This document shows, one piece after another, positions 12,691 through 25,051 of a stretch of DNA of 64,000 nucleotides. This stretch comes from Scyliorhinus canicula (Eukaryota): NCBI RefSeq assembly GCF_902713615.1, contig NC_052156.1:6003913-6067912 (forward strand), in the 5' to 3' direction. The position numbers and the translations under genes were made by a program. The notes under the pieces are model-generated. The model ran no database searches. It worked only from the letters and a program-made list of their open reading frames with translations, and was not told the DNA's origin. The first letter of the stretch is position 1; the number at the start of each line of letters is the position of its first letter.

Positions 12691-13959
12691 AGGACATTGA
12701 TGAGACCAGGCTGCCGGGTTTATACTGTCTAATTTTAATTCTTTGTTGAAGGCAAAGGAGAATAATAGCGGGCAGGACAGTAGACTGGCATGCCACCGAA
12801 TTCCACGAGCTTTCCACCCTTCACATTTAGTTAAAACTCACCGGTGCATCTATGGAGGATTGGGTGGAGATTGAATCCAGTAGGAGGAACAGAATCAAAT
12901 GAGTTGCTTTGTGCTGGGTTCCCCTTACTTTCAGGGGCTAGGGTTTAAGCTGAGAGTCCATCTCAATTTCAAATACGGTTTGTGACAAGGGGCAAGTCAC
13001 AAGGCAGAAGTAAACCTCAGCTACATTAATTTCCTGTTAATTGACATCTTCAGATTCATTTCTTTTTGTTTTGACATCCCATAAATCAATACTGGTTGGC
13101 CAGGCAGATTTAATCTTCTTTCCAATATTGGCTCTGATAACAGGGCTGATGTGGATTGATATCGGCTTATAGAGTAACTAATGGGATCAGCAGTTAAGGC
13201 TGGAGAAGCAATAGGATCCAAAAGCTCCAATTAATACGCCTGAAATTGTAGATTGGATATTATTTCGGGCAGGAAATTGGGAATAGGTTTTGGAGAAATC
13301 AGGAAAACAGGACAGTCTAAAAGCAGTAATCCAAGAGAGATACAAAACCAGCATTACTCAAAAAGGTCTAAGCCACTTCCTGTTGTGCATTTCTTTGTCT
13401 CATCTACACAGGGTCACCACCATTGACAATATTGTCACAAGTATTTAATTAATGTGTGATGTAGCAGTGTGTAGTTTTTGCATCATACTCGTTGGGCAGT
13501 GAGAAGCTCCCATCAGTAGGATTATACACCTTGTCCTTTTAAGTGGAGTTAAGGACGAGAGAGAGTGCTGGTGTGGGGTGTGTAACACGCTTTGCATAAC
13601 ACCCACTTAAAACACACACAACTTGCCTTTAAATAGTGCCTTTAATGGAGTAAAATGTTCTTCACAGGAGTGGTTATCAGGCAAAATTTAAAACTGAGCC
13701 GCATAAGGAAACATTAGCATCGGTGGCTAAAAGTGGTAGGTCTTAAAGAACTTAAAAGGAGACTGATAACATTGCATGGGATAAATGTAAGGTATAAACA
13801 AAGAATGCTGCACAATATTGGTGCATGGGTACTCAATGGATTTCTATCTAACTTAATTTTCTGCTATTTATTTTAATGTGGGTTAACAGTCCCCTTAAGA
13901 TAACAGAAAACGGATTTTCATACGACGTGTTAAGTATTTATACACTAACATCCCATGGC

Positions 13960-15090
13960 AGGAGGTGAGAGTGACATCAAGGCAGCATGTGACCGAGTAT
14001 GGATCAAGGAGCCCCAGCTTGGAATGGAAATCAGGGGGAAATCTCTCCACCAGTCAGAGACATTTGTAGCACAAAGGAAAATGATTGTGGTAGTTGGAAG
14101 TCAATCATTTCAGTCAAGGACATTGCTAGAGTATCTCCTCAGGATAGTGTCCTCGGCCCAACCACCTTCAGCTGCTTCATCAGTGACCTTCCGACCATCA
14201 TAAGGTCAGAAGTGAGGATGTTCATTGATGACTGAACAATGTTCAGTACCATTCGAGACTCCGCAGTAACTGAAGCAGTCTGTACCCACATTCAGAAAGA
14301 CCTGGAATATCATTCAGGCTTGAGCTGATAAGTGGCAAGTAACATTTGTGCCACACAAGTGCCAGGCAATGACCATCTCTAATGAGAAAGAATCTAACCA
14401 TCTCCCCATACCATTCAATGGCATTACCATCACTACCAACATCCTGGCGGTTATCACTGACCAGAAACTGAACTGGACCAACTGGACCAGTCATATAAAT
14501 ACTGTGGCTACAAGAACAGGTCAGAGGTTGTGAATTCTGTGGTGTGTAACCCAACCTCATGACTCTCCAAAGCCTGTCCACCACCTACAAGACACAACTC
14601 AGGAGTGCGATGGAATGATCTCCATTTTCTTGGACTAGTGGAACTCCAACAAGACTCAAAGTTTGACACCATCAAGGACAAAGCAGTCTGCTTGAGTGGC
14701 ACCCCATCCACCACCTTAAATATTCACCCCCTCTGTCACCGACGCACAGTGGCAGCCGTCTGTACCATCTACAAGATATACTGCAGCAACTCACCAAGGC
14801 TCCTTTGACAACTCCTTCCAATCTACAACCTAGAAGGACAAGGGCAGTAGAAGCATGGGAACACCATCAAGCCCCCCTCCAAGGCGCATACCATCCTGAC
14901 TTGGAAATATACCACCATTCCTTCACTGCTGCTGGGTCAAAATCCTCAAAATTCCTTCCTGACAGCACTGTGGGTGTGTCTACACCACATGGATTGCAGC
15001 GGTTCAATAAAGCAGCTCTCAAGAGTAATTAGAGATCGACAATAAATGCTGGCCTAGCCAGCGACACCACATCCCATGAAAGAATTAAGA
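13960..15090 (+). mobile_element. CR1/Crack-like LINE 3' fragment (other copies at ~6030-6775 on + and ~42830-43690 on -)
   Basis: PQDSVLGPTTFSCFISDLP..VRMFIDD here, and YKAQVRSVMEY.PLAWMSAAPTTLKKLD in the sister copy at ~6.4 kb; shared tail AATAAATGCTGGCCTAGCCAGCGAC. Confidence 0.75.
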
Positions 15091-18000
15091 AAAACAGACT
15101 CAACAGCTCCACTCAATCTACCTAACCAATGTTTCTCATCCCCAGAACCACTCCTATATTCTCACAAAAGCCTTCAATACTTTTCCCAAGGTGTGGTGCC
15201 CAGAACTGGACACAATACTCCAGCTGAGGCTGAACCAGTGTTTTAGACAAGTTTAACATAACCTCCTTGCTCTTGTGTGCTGTATTCTTTATTAACCTCT
15301 CAAACTTTCCTGCCACCTTCAATGACTTATTCACACGTGCACCTAGGTCCTTCTGCTCCTGCATCCTCTTTACTTTATATCACCGTGTCGCGTTCTTCTG
15401 ACCAAAGCGAATCACTTCACATTTGACATGAAATGAAAATTGCTTATTGTCACGAGTAGGCTTCAAATGAAGTTACTGTGAAAAGCCCCTAGTCGCCACA
15501 TTCTGGCGCCTGTTCGGGGAGGCTGGTACGGGAATTGAACCCGCGCTGCATTGGTCTGCTTTAAAAGCCAGCTATTTAGCCCTGGTGCTAAACCAGCCCC
15601 TTCTAGCCATTTCTAGGCATCCAGGCACAGATGAACGTAAAAGGTCTAAGGGTACTAATGCTAAGAATAGCATGGGCGATGACTCTGGTTCTGTTTAATA
15701 TTATCTCTCACCAACATCATTGAAAACTAATAATATATTGTTACATTATTGTTACATTTGGCTGTCCTGTTTCTCACATTGCAATACTGGCTATACTTGA
15801 AAAATTGCTTCACTGGCTGGAGAGAGCTTTGGGCGTTCTGAGATTGTGAAAAACATTGTATAAAAGCAAGTCTTTTCTTTCTTTCATTGTGAGCCTTTTC
15901 CTGTGATACAGGCCCCAGCCCACTTGTACAGCTGTATAGCTTGTTCGCACTCTAGAGGTCATGCAAGCAGGTTGCCTCTCGCGTGGTATTACTGGAACAC
16001 AACACTCCCAAGTGCTGCTCTGTACTGAGATGGCAGTATTCCACTGTCTGCGTGGCCTGCAAGTAATAAGCTCATAGTTTATGGCTCTGCTTCACAAGCT
16101 ATTAAGGCTTTGCTGGTGAAAGCTGATAAGAATATTAACAGTGTCAACTCAACCCACCTAGTCCAATGGGTAGCTGTATGTTTACCGCCATTGCGGGGCT
16201 GCCGCAGACAGAAACAATTAGTGAAGATTGTGTAAATGATCATCGATTTCTGTAGTACGAGGAAGCATAAAAACAATAGGAAACTAACCTTGTCATTTGA
16301 TCTGGTGCAGTGGATGATACCCCCTTGAAAGACTGTGGGGTTTGGAATGAGGATTGGAAAAGCAAAGCATACTTTGGCGTTTCCTGTGGACGTGTTAAAT
16401 TGTGGTTCTGCTTTGAGCTCCACATGCTGAATAATTCACAAATGTTATTTCAACCGTTCCTGATTGGACGCGTGATTTTGCCATTTTCTGAAGAACTGTG
16501 GTTCGGAATTCAATTTTAATTTGAAAAGAAAGGTGCAACAACTTGACCAGGAATACATTTAATGAGTGATTTAGTACTCTACAGGATTAGAAAAATGTTA
16601 CGTTTAAAGTTTAGCACACCGCAGCTTAGACTAATTAACACAAAACAAGTTCAAGTTACTCGTAAGCCAGCGGGTTTTTTTTAATCACTGTGAGAATTGG
16701 CGTTTATAGATCCTAGTTTCTTTCTTACCGTTCCCTTTTAACAAGTTCAATTAGTTAACAGCAACAAACAGAAAATTGCTATAAATGCAGGGGAGGCTGT
16801 TCAGAGAGAAAGGGCAGCGGAGGTCACGGCGAGTAGCGTGCTCACAGCGGGGGGAAAAGAAAATGGAGGGAATTGCACAACTCAATCCCCAAAGGAATGA
16901 TGCAAATTCCAGAATCCCACCTCATAAAAATTGAATTTAATTTACACAGTCACATAAACCAGTCACCCTGGAGGTGGTGTAACGTGGCCGGGCCGTTATC
17001 AGGATGTTTCCAAAGAAAGGCTGAGATCTGATCGTCCGCTCTCCAGGGCTGACGTACCTGCTGTGCTTTTGCCTTTTTTCGCTATGTTATTTGCAATACG
17101 TTGGTACATCTGAATATCAAGCTCAGACTCCATTGTTCAGATTCATTCAGTTTGTAGTTTTGCTCTCCAGGGATTTACCATCTGACCAACAGTCAACAAC
17201 ACAACAGTCTGTCTGCCACACCCAGTTATTATTTTTAATGCATTTATGGGATGTGGCCATCTCTGGCAAGTAATTACCCTTCCCTACTTGGCAAGCTGGG
17301 TGGCTTCCCAGGCCATTTCAGAGGCAGTTAGAAGTGAGTCACTTGTAGGCCAGATTGGGTAAAATGGCAGATCTCCTACCCTAAAGGACATGAGGAAACG
17401 AGATCGATTTTCACGTCAATCTGGCAGTTTGGCCATCATCATCATTACTGATACTAGACTTATTTAATTAATTTAATTTAAATCCTCCGCTGTAGGAGGC
17501 TACTTAGCCCCTCAAACATCTGCTTTGAAATTTAGTTAGAATGTGGTTGAATTGCATCTCAACTCCATGAAGTAGGGAGCTCTTTCCAGGGGCCACGGCA
17601 GACTTAATGGGCCAAAGAGCCTCCTTCTGCACTGTAAATTCTCTGAATCTGCTCATCTTGATCTGTAGCCCTTAATACACTTCGCTTACAAAAATCTATC
17701 AACCTCATCAGCTCTCTAAATGCTGCGGCACCTATTTTCTAACTCTATTTTAAGGTTACGTTCCCTTGTCCTGGCCTCTCTCACCAGAGGAAATTTTAAA
17801 AAACAGGTGAAAGGGATATGGGAAAGAGGTAGGGAGGTGGATTTGGGACCAGAAGGGATCAGCCATGATCTGATGGAATCGCGGAGCAGGCTCACACGGC
17901 TGAATTACCTACTTCTAGGGGCTTTTCACAGTAACTTCATTGCAGTGTTAATGTAAGCCTACTTGTGACAATAAAGATTATTGTTATTCTGCGCCTAATT

Positions 18001-19289
18001 TATATATTCCTATGAAATGGTTTCTGTCTATCTATCCCATCACTAACAATAACTTGCACTTATTAGCACTTCCATTTTTAAAAATTCATTCATGGGATGT
18101 GGATGTCACTGGCTGGGCCAGCATTTGTTGGCCATCCCGAATTGCCTTTGAGGGGGCATTTAAGTATCTGGAGTCACATGTCAGGCAGACCAGGTAAGGA
18201 TGACAGATTTCCTTCCGTAAGTGAACCAGATTGGCTTTTACGACAACTGACAATGGTTTTATGATAAAACATCCCAAGATGCTTTGCAGGATTGCAAATC
18301 AGACAAAAGTTTGACCATTTAAGGTAATAGGCCATGACCAAAGATTTAGTCAAAAGGATCGATTTTAAATCATGTAGAGAGGTTCAAAGAGGGAATTTCA
18401 GAGCTGTTTGGTATAGGAAATTTTAGCTTGTCTTTATGAACCTCTTTGACCATCTTAAACAATTCAATTAGACCACCCATAATCTTCTACATGCCAGGAA
18501 ACGCAAGCCTGGACCATGTATAATAATCTTTACTATTGTCACTAGTAGGCTTACATTAACACTACAATGAAGATACTGTGAAAAGCCCCTAGTCGCCACA
18601 TTCTGCCGCCTGTTCGGGTACACAGAGGGCGAATTCAGAATGCCCAAGTCACCTAACCTGGCTTCAGAATTTAACCCTCTTATGCAGCTTGCTCACTCAT
18701 TTCATTCCATGCGTGGAACTGTGGAGGAAAAGGGTACAAGGGAGGGAACAGTGAATAAAATGAGTGAATATCAAACAGAAAAGTGTGAGTTTGTAGCCAT
18801 GGAGAATGAGAGCCAGGCAAACCACAAGGGGCATAGAATGGAGCACCGCATCAGAAAGGGGACAGGCTGGTGCAGGAATGTTTGTGCTGGATTCCCAGAC
18901 AGGCTGAAGCCTTTTCATCAAAACCGCTGAGGCATTTCAACCTAGAACCTCCCAATAGACCCAAATTTACAGAGAGGTCAAAAGATGGCTGCTGCTGGAC
19001 ATGAAGGAACACCGCAACATCTCCCAAGATGCTACTCTGCAGTGGGAGCTGAGGGGTGTGGATCAGCAGTTTTACTTTGTATCGAATTGTACCTGCCCTG
19101 GGAACGTTTGATGAGGACAGTGTGTATGATTTTGTTTGGCCATGATGCCTCCTGTTGTTAAATAGCCTGCCGATGCTCTCCAACTCAGCTTGTGCTTTCA
19201 GAATGACCACTTGACCATGACACAGGGTGGAGGCTGGGGAGTCTGGAGGTAATCAGCGTCTTCAGAAGAGGAGGGAAGGGAGGGAGGCT

Positions 19290-19615
19290 GGCTGGGAGCA
19301 CTGTACTGTAGTCATGCTCTCTTTCAGATTAGACTTTGAAGTGAAATCCTGCCTGGATTCTTAGGTAGATGTTAAAAGATCCCTTGGTACAATTTCGACC
19401 AGAGGCCTTGGCTGACACTTATTCCTCAACCAACATGGCTGAGAATACATTCGGTCATTATCACCTTGTTGCCTGTGCAAGGTTGTTCTGTGCAAACTGA
19501 CTGCCTCTTTTGCGACATTGAAACAGTGACCAAAAGTATTCCAGCGACTGACTGTACAAGGTGCTTTAGACTGTCCTGAAATGGGGTGAGGTTCTATCGG
19601 AAAGCATTATTTTAT
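19290..19615 (+). mobile_element. Deu-domain SINE relic (SacSINE1/AmnSINE1-like); others near 171-330, 4500-4660, 15700-15885, 40640-40790 and 45760-46000
   Basis: Degenerate match to the Deu core GTGCACAAATTGGCTGCC...ACATTACAACAGTGACTACACTTC...AAAGCGCTTTGGGAC. Confidence 0.6.
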
Positions 19616-21419
19616 TGGATGAGGGGAAGAAAAAGTTAACAGACTCAAAAAAAGTTACCTTACAGGGAACGATTTTGGCATTTGGATCATCAAGTGGATA
19701 TTTGAACCATGTGCAAAAATCTGCAGGCTAGTTAGAAACACATATTCGTGGCCCTGTTCAGCTGAAGTAAATGAATGTGCATGATCGACCCTGTGCCTCT
19801 CAAAAGGAAATGCCAAAAATGTTAGGAGCAATTCTTTAAAAAAAAAAGATAATTTATTAAATAATTGAAGACATCCTGTGTTATTCTGGGGACATATATT
19901 TTCCTGTGCAGAATGTGTGGCGTCACTGTATGGTCATATAGAGGAAGCTTTTCATGTTTTCCTGAAATTATGTCAATTATCAACATTAATTCATCAAAGG
20001 TCAGTCTCCAGTGACTCGTTTGAAGTTGGATCTGAAGTCGTTAGAGAAATTTGTTGATCAGAGTGTGCAACAAACGTTTTCTCAGGCTCACTGCATAAAG
20101 GTCCCGCAATGTCCAGACCGTCATTTGTTAGCTGGAGCCTGTTTTTAAAAGAATCTCACGAGCATATCTCAGGGATAAAGGAGGTTTTCTTTCATCTCGA
20201 GTCTTCTTGTTATAAAAAGAGTGTAAAGTTTGAGCTTTTGTGGGGGAAAGGTTAAGTGCACACACATAATTCTCCACAACCTCAGATCCCGCTCTCTGAT
20301 GTGGTGATGCGTGCAGCAAAAGGTTCCCCTTAGCCACCCTGGTTCCTTCTCATGCGCGTTCTGATGACCTGCTGAATCCTGCTATCAGAGACCAGTCTTT
20401 GGGTAACTAAACCCCTGCCCCCCGCCCCAAAAAAAACTTCTCTTTGCTACCTCCCCTCCCTCATTCAAAAGGCTCCTTAAAGCCCTGCCACTATGATTGC
20501 CTTCTCTTCCTGTCCTCTTTCACAACTAGAATCATGGAATCATACAATGGTTACAGCACAGAGGGAGACCATTTGATTCACTGTGCCCATGCTGGCTCTC
20601 CGTGAGGGCAACCCAGCTAATCCCATTCCCCCGGATTTAGCCCATAACCCAACAAGTGTTTTCAGGTAATTCTGAAAGCGTGGCTTGAATCTGCCTCCCC
20701 TGGCGGCACATGCTCTGTGAAAAAAGCTGTTCCTGTGTCACTGTTACTTTTCTTTTCCCCAATCACCTTAATTCAGTAACCTCTGGCACTCAACCCCACC
20801 ACTGGGAACACTTTCTCCATCTACTCCTCATGATTTTGAGTGCCGCCATCAAACCTCCTCAAGAGCTTCTCTTCTCCAAGGAGAACAGTTCCAACTTTTC
20901 CAATCTATCCTCGTGCCTGAAGTTCCTCATCACTGGAACTATTCTCCACACCCTCTCTAAACCCTTCACATCCTTCTTAAAGTACGGTGCCCAGAATTAG
21001 ACATGATGACCTGAATCTTCCGAGGAGTGGCATTCACTTTTCGATGGCCACTCCATTCCTCCTTTTCTGCGCAATGCCGGTGCCTCACATTTCTGGCCGG
21101 GATTTAATATCCCGGTTTCTCCAGAAAAGCAGAGCACACCTAAAATGGAACTGTGCCTTTGGAGTGCTGGATTGTCAGGGAAGACAAGCCACACCCCTTT
21201 TTTACAGCAACACCTGATGCATTCTGGTAAATAAAGAGTTCAAATTTCCCAAAGCCCCTTCGAAAAGCTACAGAGTGAAGTTAATTAGATTGGGAGAGAC
21301 AAATAGCTGAGGTGCGAGGGTAGCAGGTGGGCGAGTATGTTGGTGGGAAAGTGGCAAGTAGAAGAGTGGGTAGGGATTAGTTAGGCTGGGCAGAGTTGTC
21401 AGGTTGGGGGCATGTCAGG

Positions 21420-23157
21420 GCAGGGAGAGTCAGAGTGTCAGAGGGGAGTCAGGGTGTCAGAGGGGGGTCAGGGTGTCAGAGGGGGGTCAGGGTGTCAGAG
21501 GGGGGTCAGGGTGTCAGAGGGGGGTCAGGGTGTCAGAGGGGGGTCAGGGTGTCAGAGGGGAGTCAGGGTGTCAGAGGGGGGTCAGGGTGTCAGAGGGGGG
21601 TCAGGGTGTTGAGGGGAGTGAGCGTGTCGAGGGGAGTGAGCGTATCGAGGGGAGTGAGCGTGTCGAGGGGAGTGAGCGTATCGAGGGGAGTGAGCGTGTC
21701 GAGGGGAGTGAGCGTGTCGAGGGGAGTGAGCGGGTCGAGGGGAGGGAGCGCGTCGAGGGGAGTGAGCGCGTCGAGGGGAGTGAGCGGGTCGAGGGGAGGG
21801 AGCGCGTCGAGGGGAGGGAGCGCGTCGAGGGGAGGGAGCGCGTCGAGGGGAGGGAGCGCGTCGAGGGGAGTGAGCGCGTCGAGGGGAGTGAGCGCGTCGA
21901 GGGGAGTGAGCGCGTCGAGGGGAGTGAGCGTGTCGAGGGGAGTGAGCGTGTCGATGGGAGTGAGCGTGTCGAGGGGAGTGAGCGTGTCGAGGGGAGTGAG
22001 CGTGTCGAGGGGAGTGAGCGTGTCGAGGGGAGTGAGCGTGTCGATGGGAGTGAGCGTGTCGAGGGGAGTGAGCGTGTCGAGGGGAGTGAGCGTGTCGAGG
22101 GGATTGAGCGTGTCGAGGGGAGTGAGCGTGTCAGAGGGGAGTCAGGGTGTCAGAGGGGAGTGAGCGTGTCGAGGGGAGTCAGGGTGTCACAGGGGAGTCA
22201 GGGTGTTTGAGGGGAGTGAGCGTGTCGAGGGGAGTGAGCGTGTCGAGGGGAGTGAGCGTGTCGAGGGGAGTGAGCGTGTCGAGGGGATTGAGCGTGTCGA
22301 GGGGAGTCAGGGTGTCAGAGGGGAGTCAGGGTGTTTGAGGGGAGTGAGCGTGTCGAGGGGAGTGAGCGTATCGAGGGGAGTGAGCGTGTCGAGGTGAGTC
22401 AGGGTGTTTGAGGGGAGTGATCGTGTCGAGGGGAATGAGCGTGTCGAGGGGAGTCAGGGTGTCAGAGGGGAGTCAGGGTGTTGAGGGGAGTGAGCGTGTC
22501 GAGGGGAGTGAGTGTGTCGAGGGGAGTCAGGGTGTTTGAGGGGAGTGATCGTGTCGAGGGGAATGAGCGTGTCGAGGGGAATGAGCGTGTCGAGGGGAGT
22601 GAGCGTGTCGAGGAGAGTCAGGGTGTTGAGGGGAGTCAGGGTGTTTGAGGGGAGTGAGCGTGTCGAGGGGAGTGAGCGTGTTGAGGGGAGTGAGCGTGTC
22701 AGAGGGGAGTGAGCGTGCCGAGGGGAGTGAGCGTGTTGAGGGGAGTGTGCGTGTCGAGGGGAGTGAGCGTGTTGAGTGGAGTGAGCGTGTCGAGGGGAGT
22801 GAGCGTGTCGAGGGGAGTGAGCATGTTGAGGGGAGTGAGCGTGTCGAGGGGAGTGAGCGTGTCGAGGGGAGTCAGGGTGTCAGAGGGGAGTCAGGGTGTC
22901 AGAGGGGAGTCAGGGTGTCAGAGGGGAGTCAGGGTGTCAGAGTGGAGTCAGGGTGTCAGGGGGAGTCAGGGTGTCGAGGGGAGTGAGGGTGTCGAGGGGA
23001 GTCAGGGTGTTGAGGGGAGTGAGCGTGTCGAGGGGAGTGAGGGTGTCAGAGGGGAGTGAGGGTGTCGAGGGGAGTGAGGGTGTCGAGGGGAGTGAGGGTG
23101 TCGAGGGGAGTGAGGGTGTCGAGGGGAGTCAGGGTGTCAGAGGGGAGTCAGGGTGTC
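21420..23157. repeat. G-rich 18/19-bp minisatellite (~1.7 kb)
   Basis: Units gaggggagtgagcgtgtc (18 bp) and cagaggggRgtcagggtgt (19 bp) are interspersed. Confidence 0.95.
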
Positions 23158-23273
23158 TCCGGCGCGGATGGGCCGAGCGGCCCAAGGAAGAGAGCCGAGT
23201 CCCGTCGGCGCCGTTCTAACCTGGTCTGGGACGGCGGGACCTCGGCGTGTAAGGGTCGGGTGGCGGCTTTTTG

Positions 23274-23308
<35 letters not shown>

Positions 23309-23329
23309 GGGGGGTGGGGGGGTCCGATG

Positions 23330-23820
23330 GATGGATGTGGAAGCTTTGGAAAAGGTGCAAAGGAGATTTACCAGGATGTTGCCTGGAACGGAGAGTATGT
23401 CATACGAGGAAAGGTTGACGGTGCTCGGCCTTTTCTCATTAGAACGGAGAAGGATGAGGGGTGACTTGATAGAGGTTTATAAGATGATCAGGGGAATAGA
23501 TAGAGTAGACAGTCAGAGACTTTTCCCCCGGGTGGGACAAACCATTACAAGGGGACATGAATTTAAGGTGAATGGTGGAAGATATAGGGGGGGATGTCAG
23601 AGGTAGGTTCTTTACCCAGAGAGTAGTGGGGGCATGGAATGCACTGCCTGTGGAAGTAGTTGAGTCGGAAACATTAGGGACCTTCAAGCGGCTATTGGAT
23701 AGGTACATGGATTACGGTAGAATGATGGGGCGTAGATTAATTTGTTCTTAATCTAGGACAAAAGTTCTGCACAACATCGTGGGCCGAAGGGCCTCTTCTG
23801 TGCTGGATTTCTCTATGTTC
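23330..23820 (+). mobile_element. CR1 3' fragment
   Basis: DVEALEKVQRRFTRMLPG...GLFSLERRRMRGDLIEVYK; tail ctatgttc. Confidence 0.9.
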
Positions 23821-24704
23821 AGACTGCCCAGCCGCCAGTCTGGGAGCAGACAGCCCAGTCGCCAGTCTGGGAGCAGACAGCCCAGTCGCCAGTCTGGGAG
23901 CAGACAGCCCAGCCGCCAGTCTGGGAGCAGACAGCCCAGTCGCCAGTCTGAGAGCAGACAGCCCAGTCCCCAGTCTGGGAGCAGACAGCCCAGTCGCCAG
24001 TCTGGGAGCAGACAGCCCAGCCGCCAGTCTGGGAGCAGACAGCCCAGTCGCCAGTCTGGGAGCAGACAGCCCAGTCGCCAGTCTGGGAGCAGACAACCCA
24101 GACGCCAGTCTGGGTGCAGACTGTCTCAGACGCCAGTCTGGGAGCAGACAGCCCAGTCGCCAGTCTGGGAGCAGACAGCCCAGTCGCCAGTCTGGGTGCA
24201 GACAGCCCAGACGCCAGTCTGGGAGCAGACAGCCCAGTCGCCAGTCTGGCTGCAGACAGCCCAGTCCCCAGTCTGGGAGCAGACAGCCCAGTCGGCAGTC
24301 TGGGAGCAGACAGCCCAGTCGCCAGTCTGGGAGCAGACAGCCCAGTCGCCAGTCTGGGAGCAGACAGCCCAGTCGCCAGTCTGGGAGCAGACAGCCCAGT
24401 CGCCAGTCTGGGAGCAGACAGCCCAGTCGCCAGTCTGGGAGCAGACAGCCCAGACGCCAGTCTGGGTGCAGACAGCCCAGACGCCAGTCTGGGTGCAGAC
24501 AGCCCAGTCGCCAGTCTGGGAGCAGACAGCCCAGACGCCAGTCTGGGAGCAGACAGCCCAGTCGCCAGTCTGGGAGCAGACTGTCTCAGACGCCAGTCTG
24601 GGAGCAGACAGCCCAGTCGCCAGTCTGTGTGCAGACAGCCCAGACGCCAGTCTGAGAGCAGACAGCCCAGATGCCAGTCTGGGTGCAGACTGTCCCAGAC
24701 GGCA
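23820..24704. repeat. 27-bp minisatellite, left arm (~33 units)
   Basis: Unit cagcccagtcgccagtctgggagcaga with variants; it starts immediately after a CR1 3' tail. Confidence 0.95.
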
Positions 24705-24953
24705 TGTTAAGTAATGGGTTAAGAGACATTGCAATTAGCTGTCTCATTTATGTTAAGTGTTCAATGATTATCTCATTTATGTTAAGTGTTCAATGATTGA
24801 CACTGATATGTAAAGGGGCTTCAGGTGGACTCTGGAGCTTGTGATGATCTGTAGAGTTCTGTGCAGAGTGAGTTTGAACCATTAAAGGTGTGCTGGTCAA
24901 AAAGGAGCTGAACTCTTGCCTCTTCATACCACAGCATCTAGTACATGCTGACA
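24705..24953 (+). repeat. 5' LTR of the Copia element
   Basis: Direct repeat of 29613-29861 with 9 mismatches in 249 bp by manual alignment. It contains an internal 29-bp tandem duplication (tctcatttatgttaagtgttcaatgattR) and an ATTAAA poly(A) signal at 24881. Confidence 0.95.
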
Positions 24954-24954
24954 A

Positions 24955-24972
24955 TGGTAGCAGAGGATGGTT
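24955..24972 (+). promoter_or_regulatory. Primer-binding site for initiator tRNA-Met
   Basis: TGGTAGCAGAGGATGGTT is the exact complement of the 3' 18 nt of vertebrate tRNA-iMet and lies 1 nt after the 5' LTR. Confidence 0.92.
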
Positions 24973-25051
24973 GCTGTGTAAATGTGAAGGCTTGAAAGAT
25001 ACAATTTTTCCAGATCAAACCAAGGAGTGAAAAAAAAAGAATAAGGGACAC

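Noticed and set aside
16585-16615. Minus-strand FKRNIF resembling the FKRYVFD motif of the last EEFSEC exon
   Set aside because: A stop follows within a few codons and there is no surrounding similarity; the terminal exon probably lies outside the window.
19659-19720. Possible 62-nt alternative EEFSEC exon on the minus strand (cag|ATTTTTGC...TGTAAG|gtaac; DFCTWFKYPLDDPNAKIVPCK)
   Set aside because: The polypyrimidine tract is weak, the length would frameshift the next exon, and the peptide does not resemble eEFSec. Such splice-like pairs are expected by chance in 50 kb.
21396-23219. RGVSVS and VEGSER repeat ORFs
   Set aside because: These are translations of an 18-bp VNTR, with frequent frameshifts from the 19-bp units.
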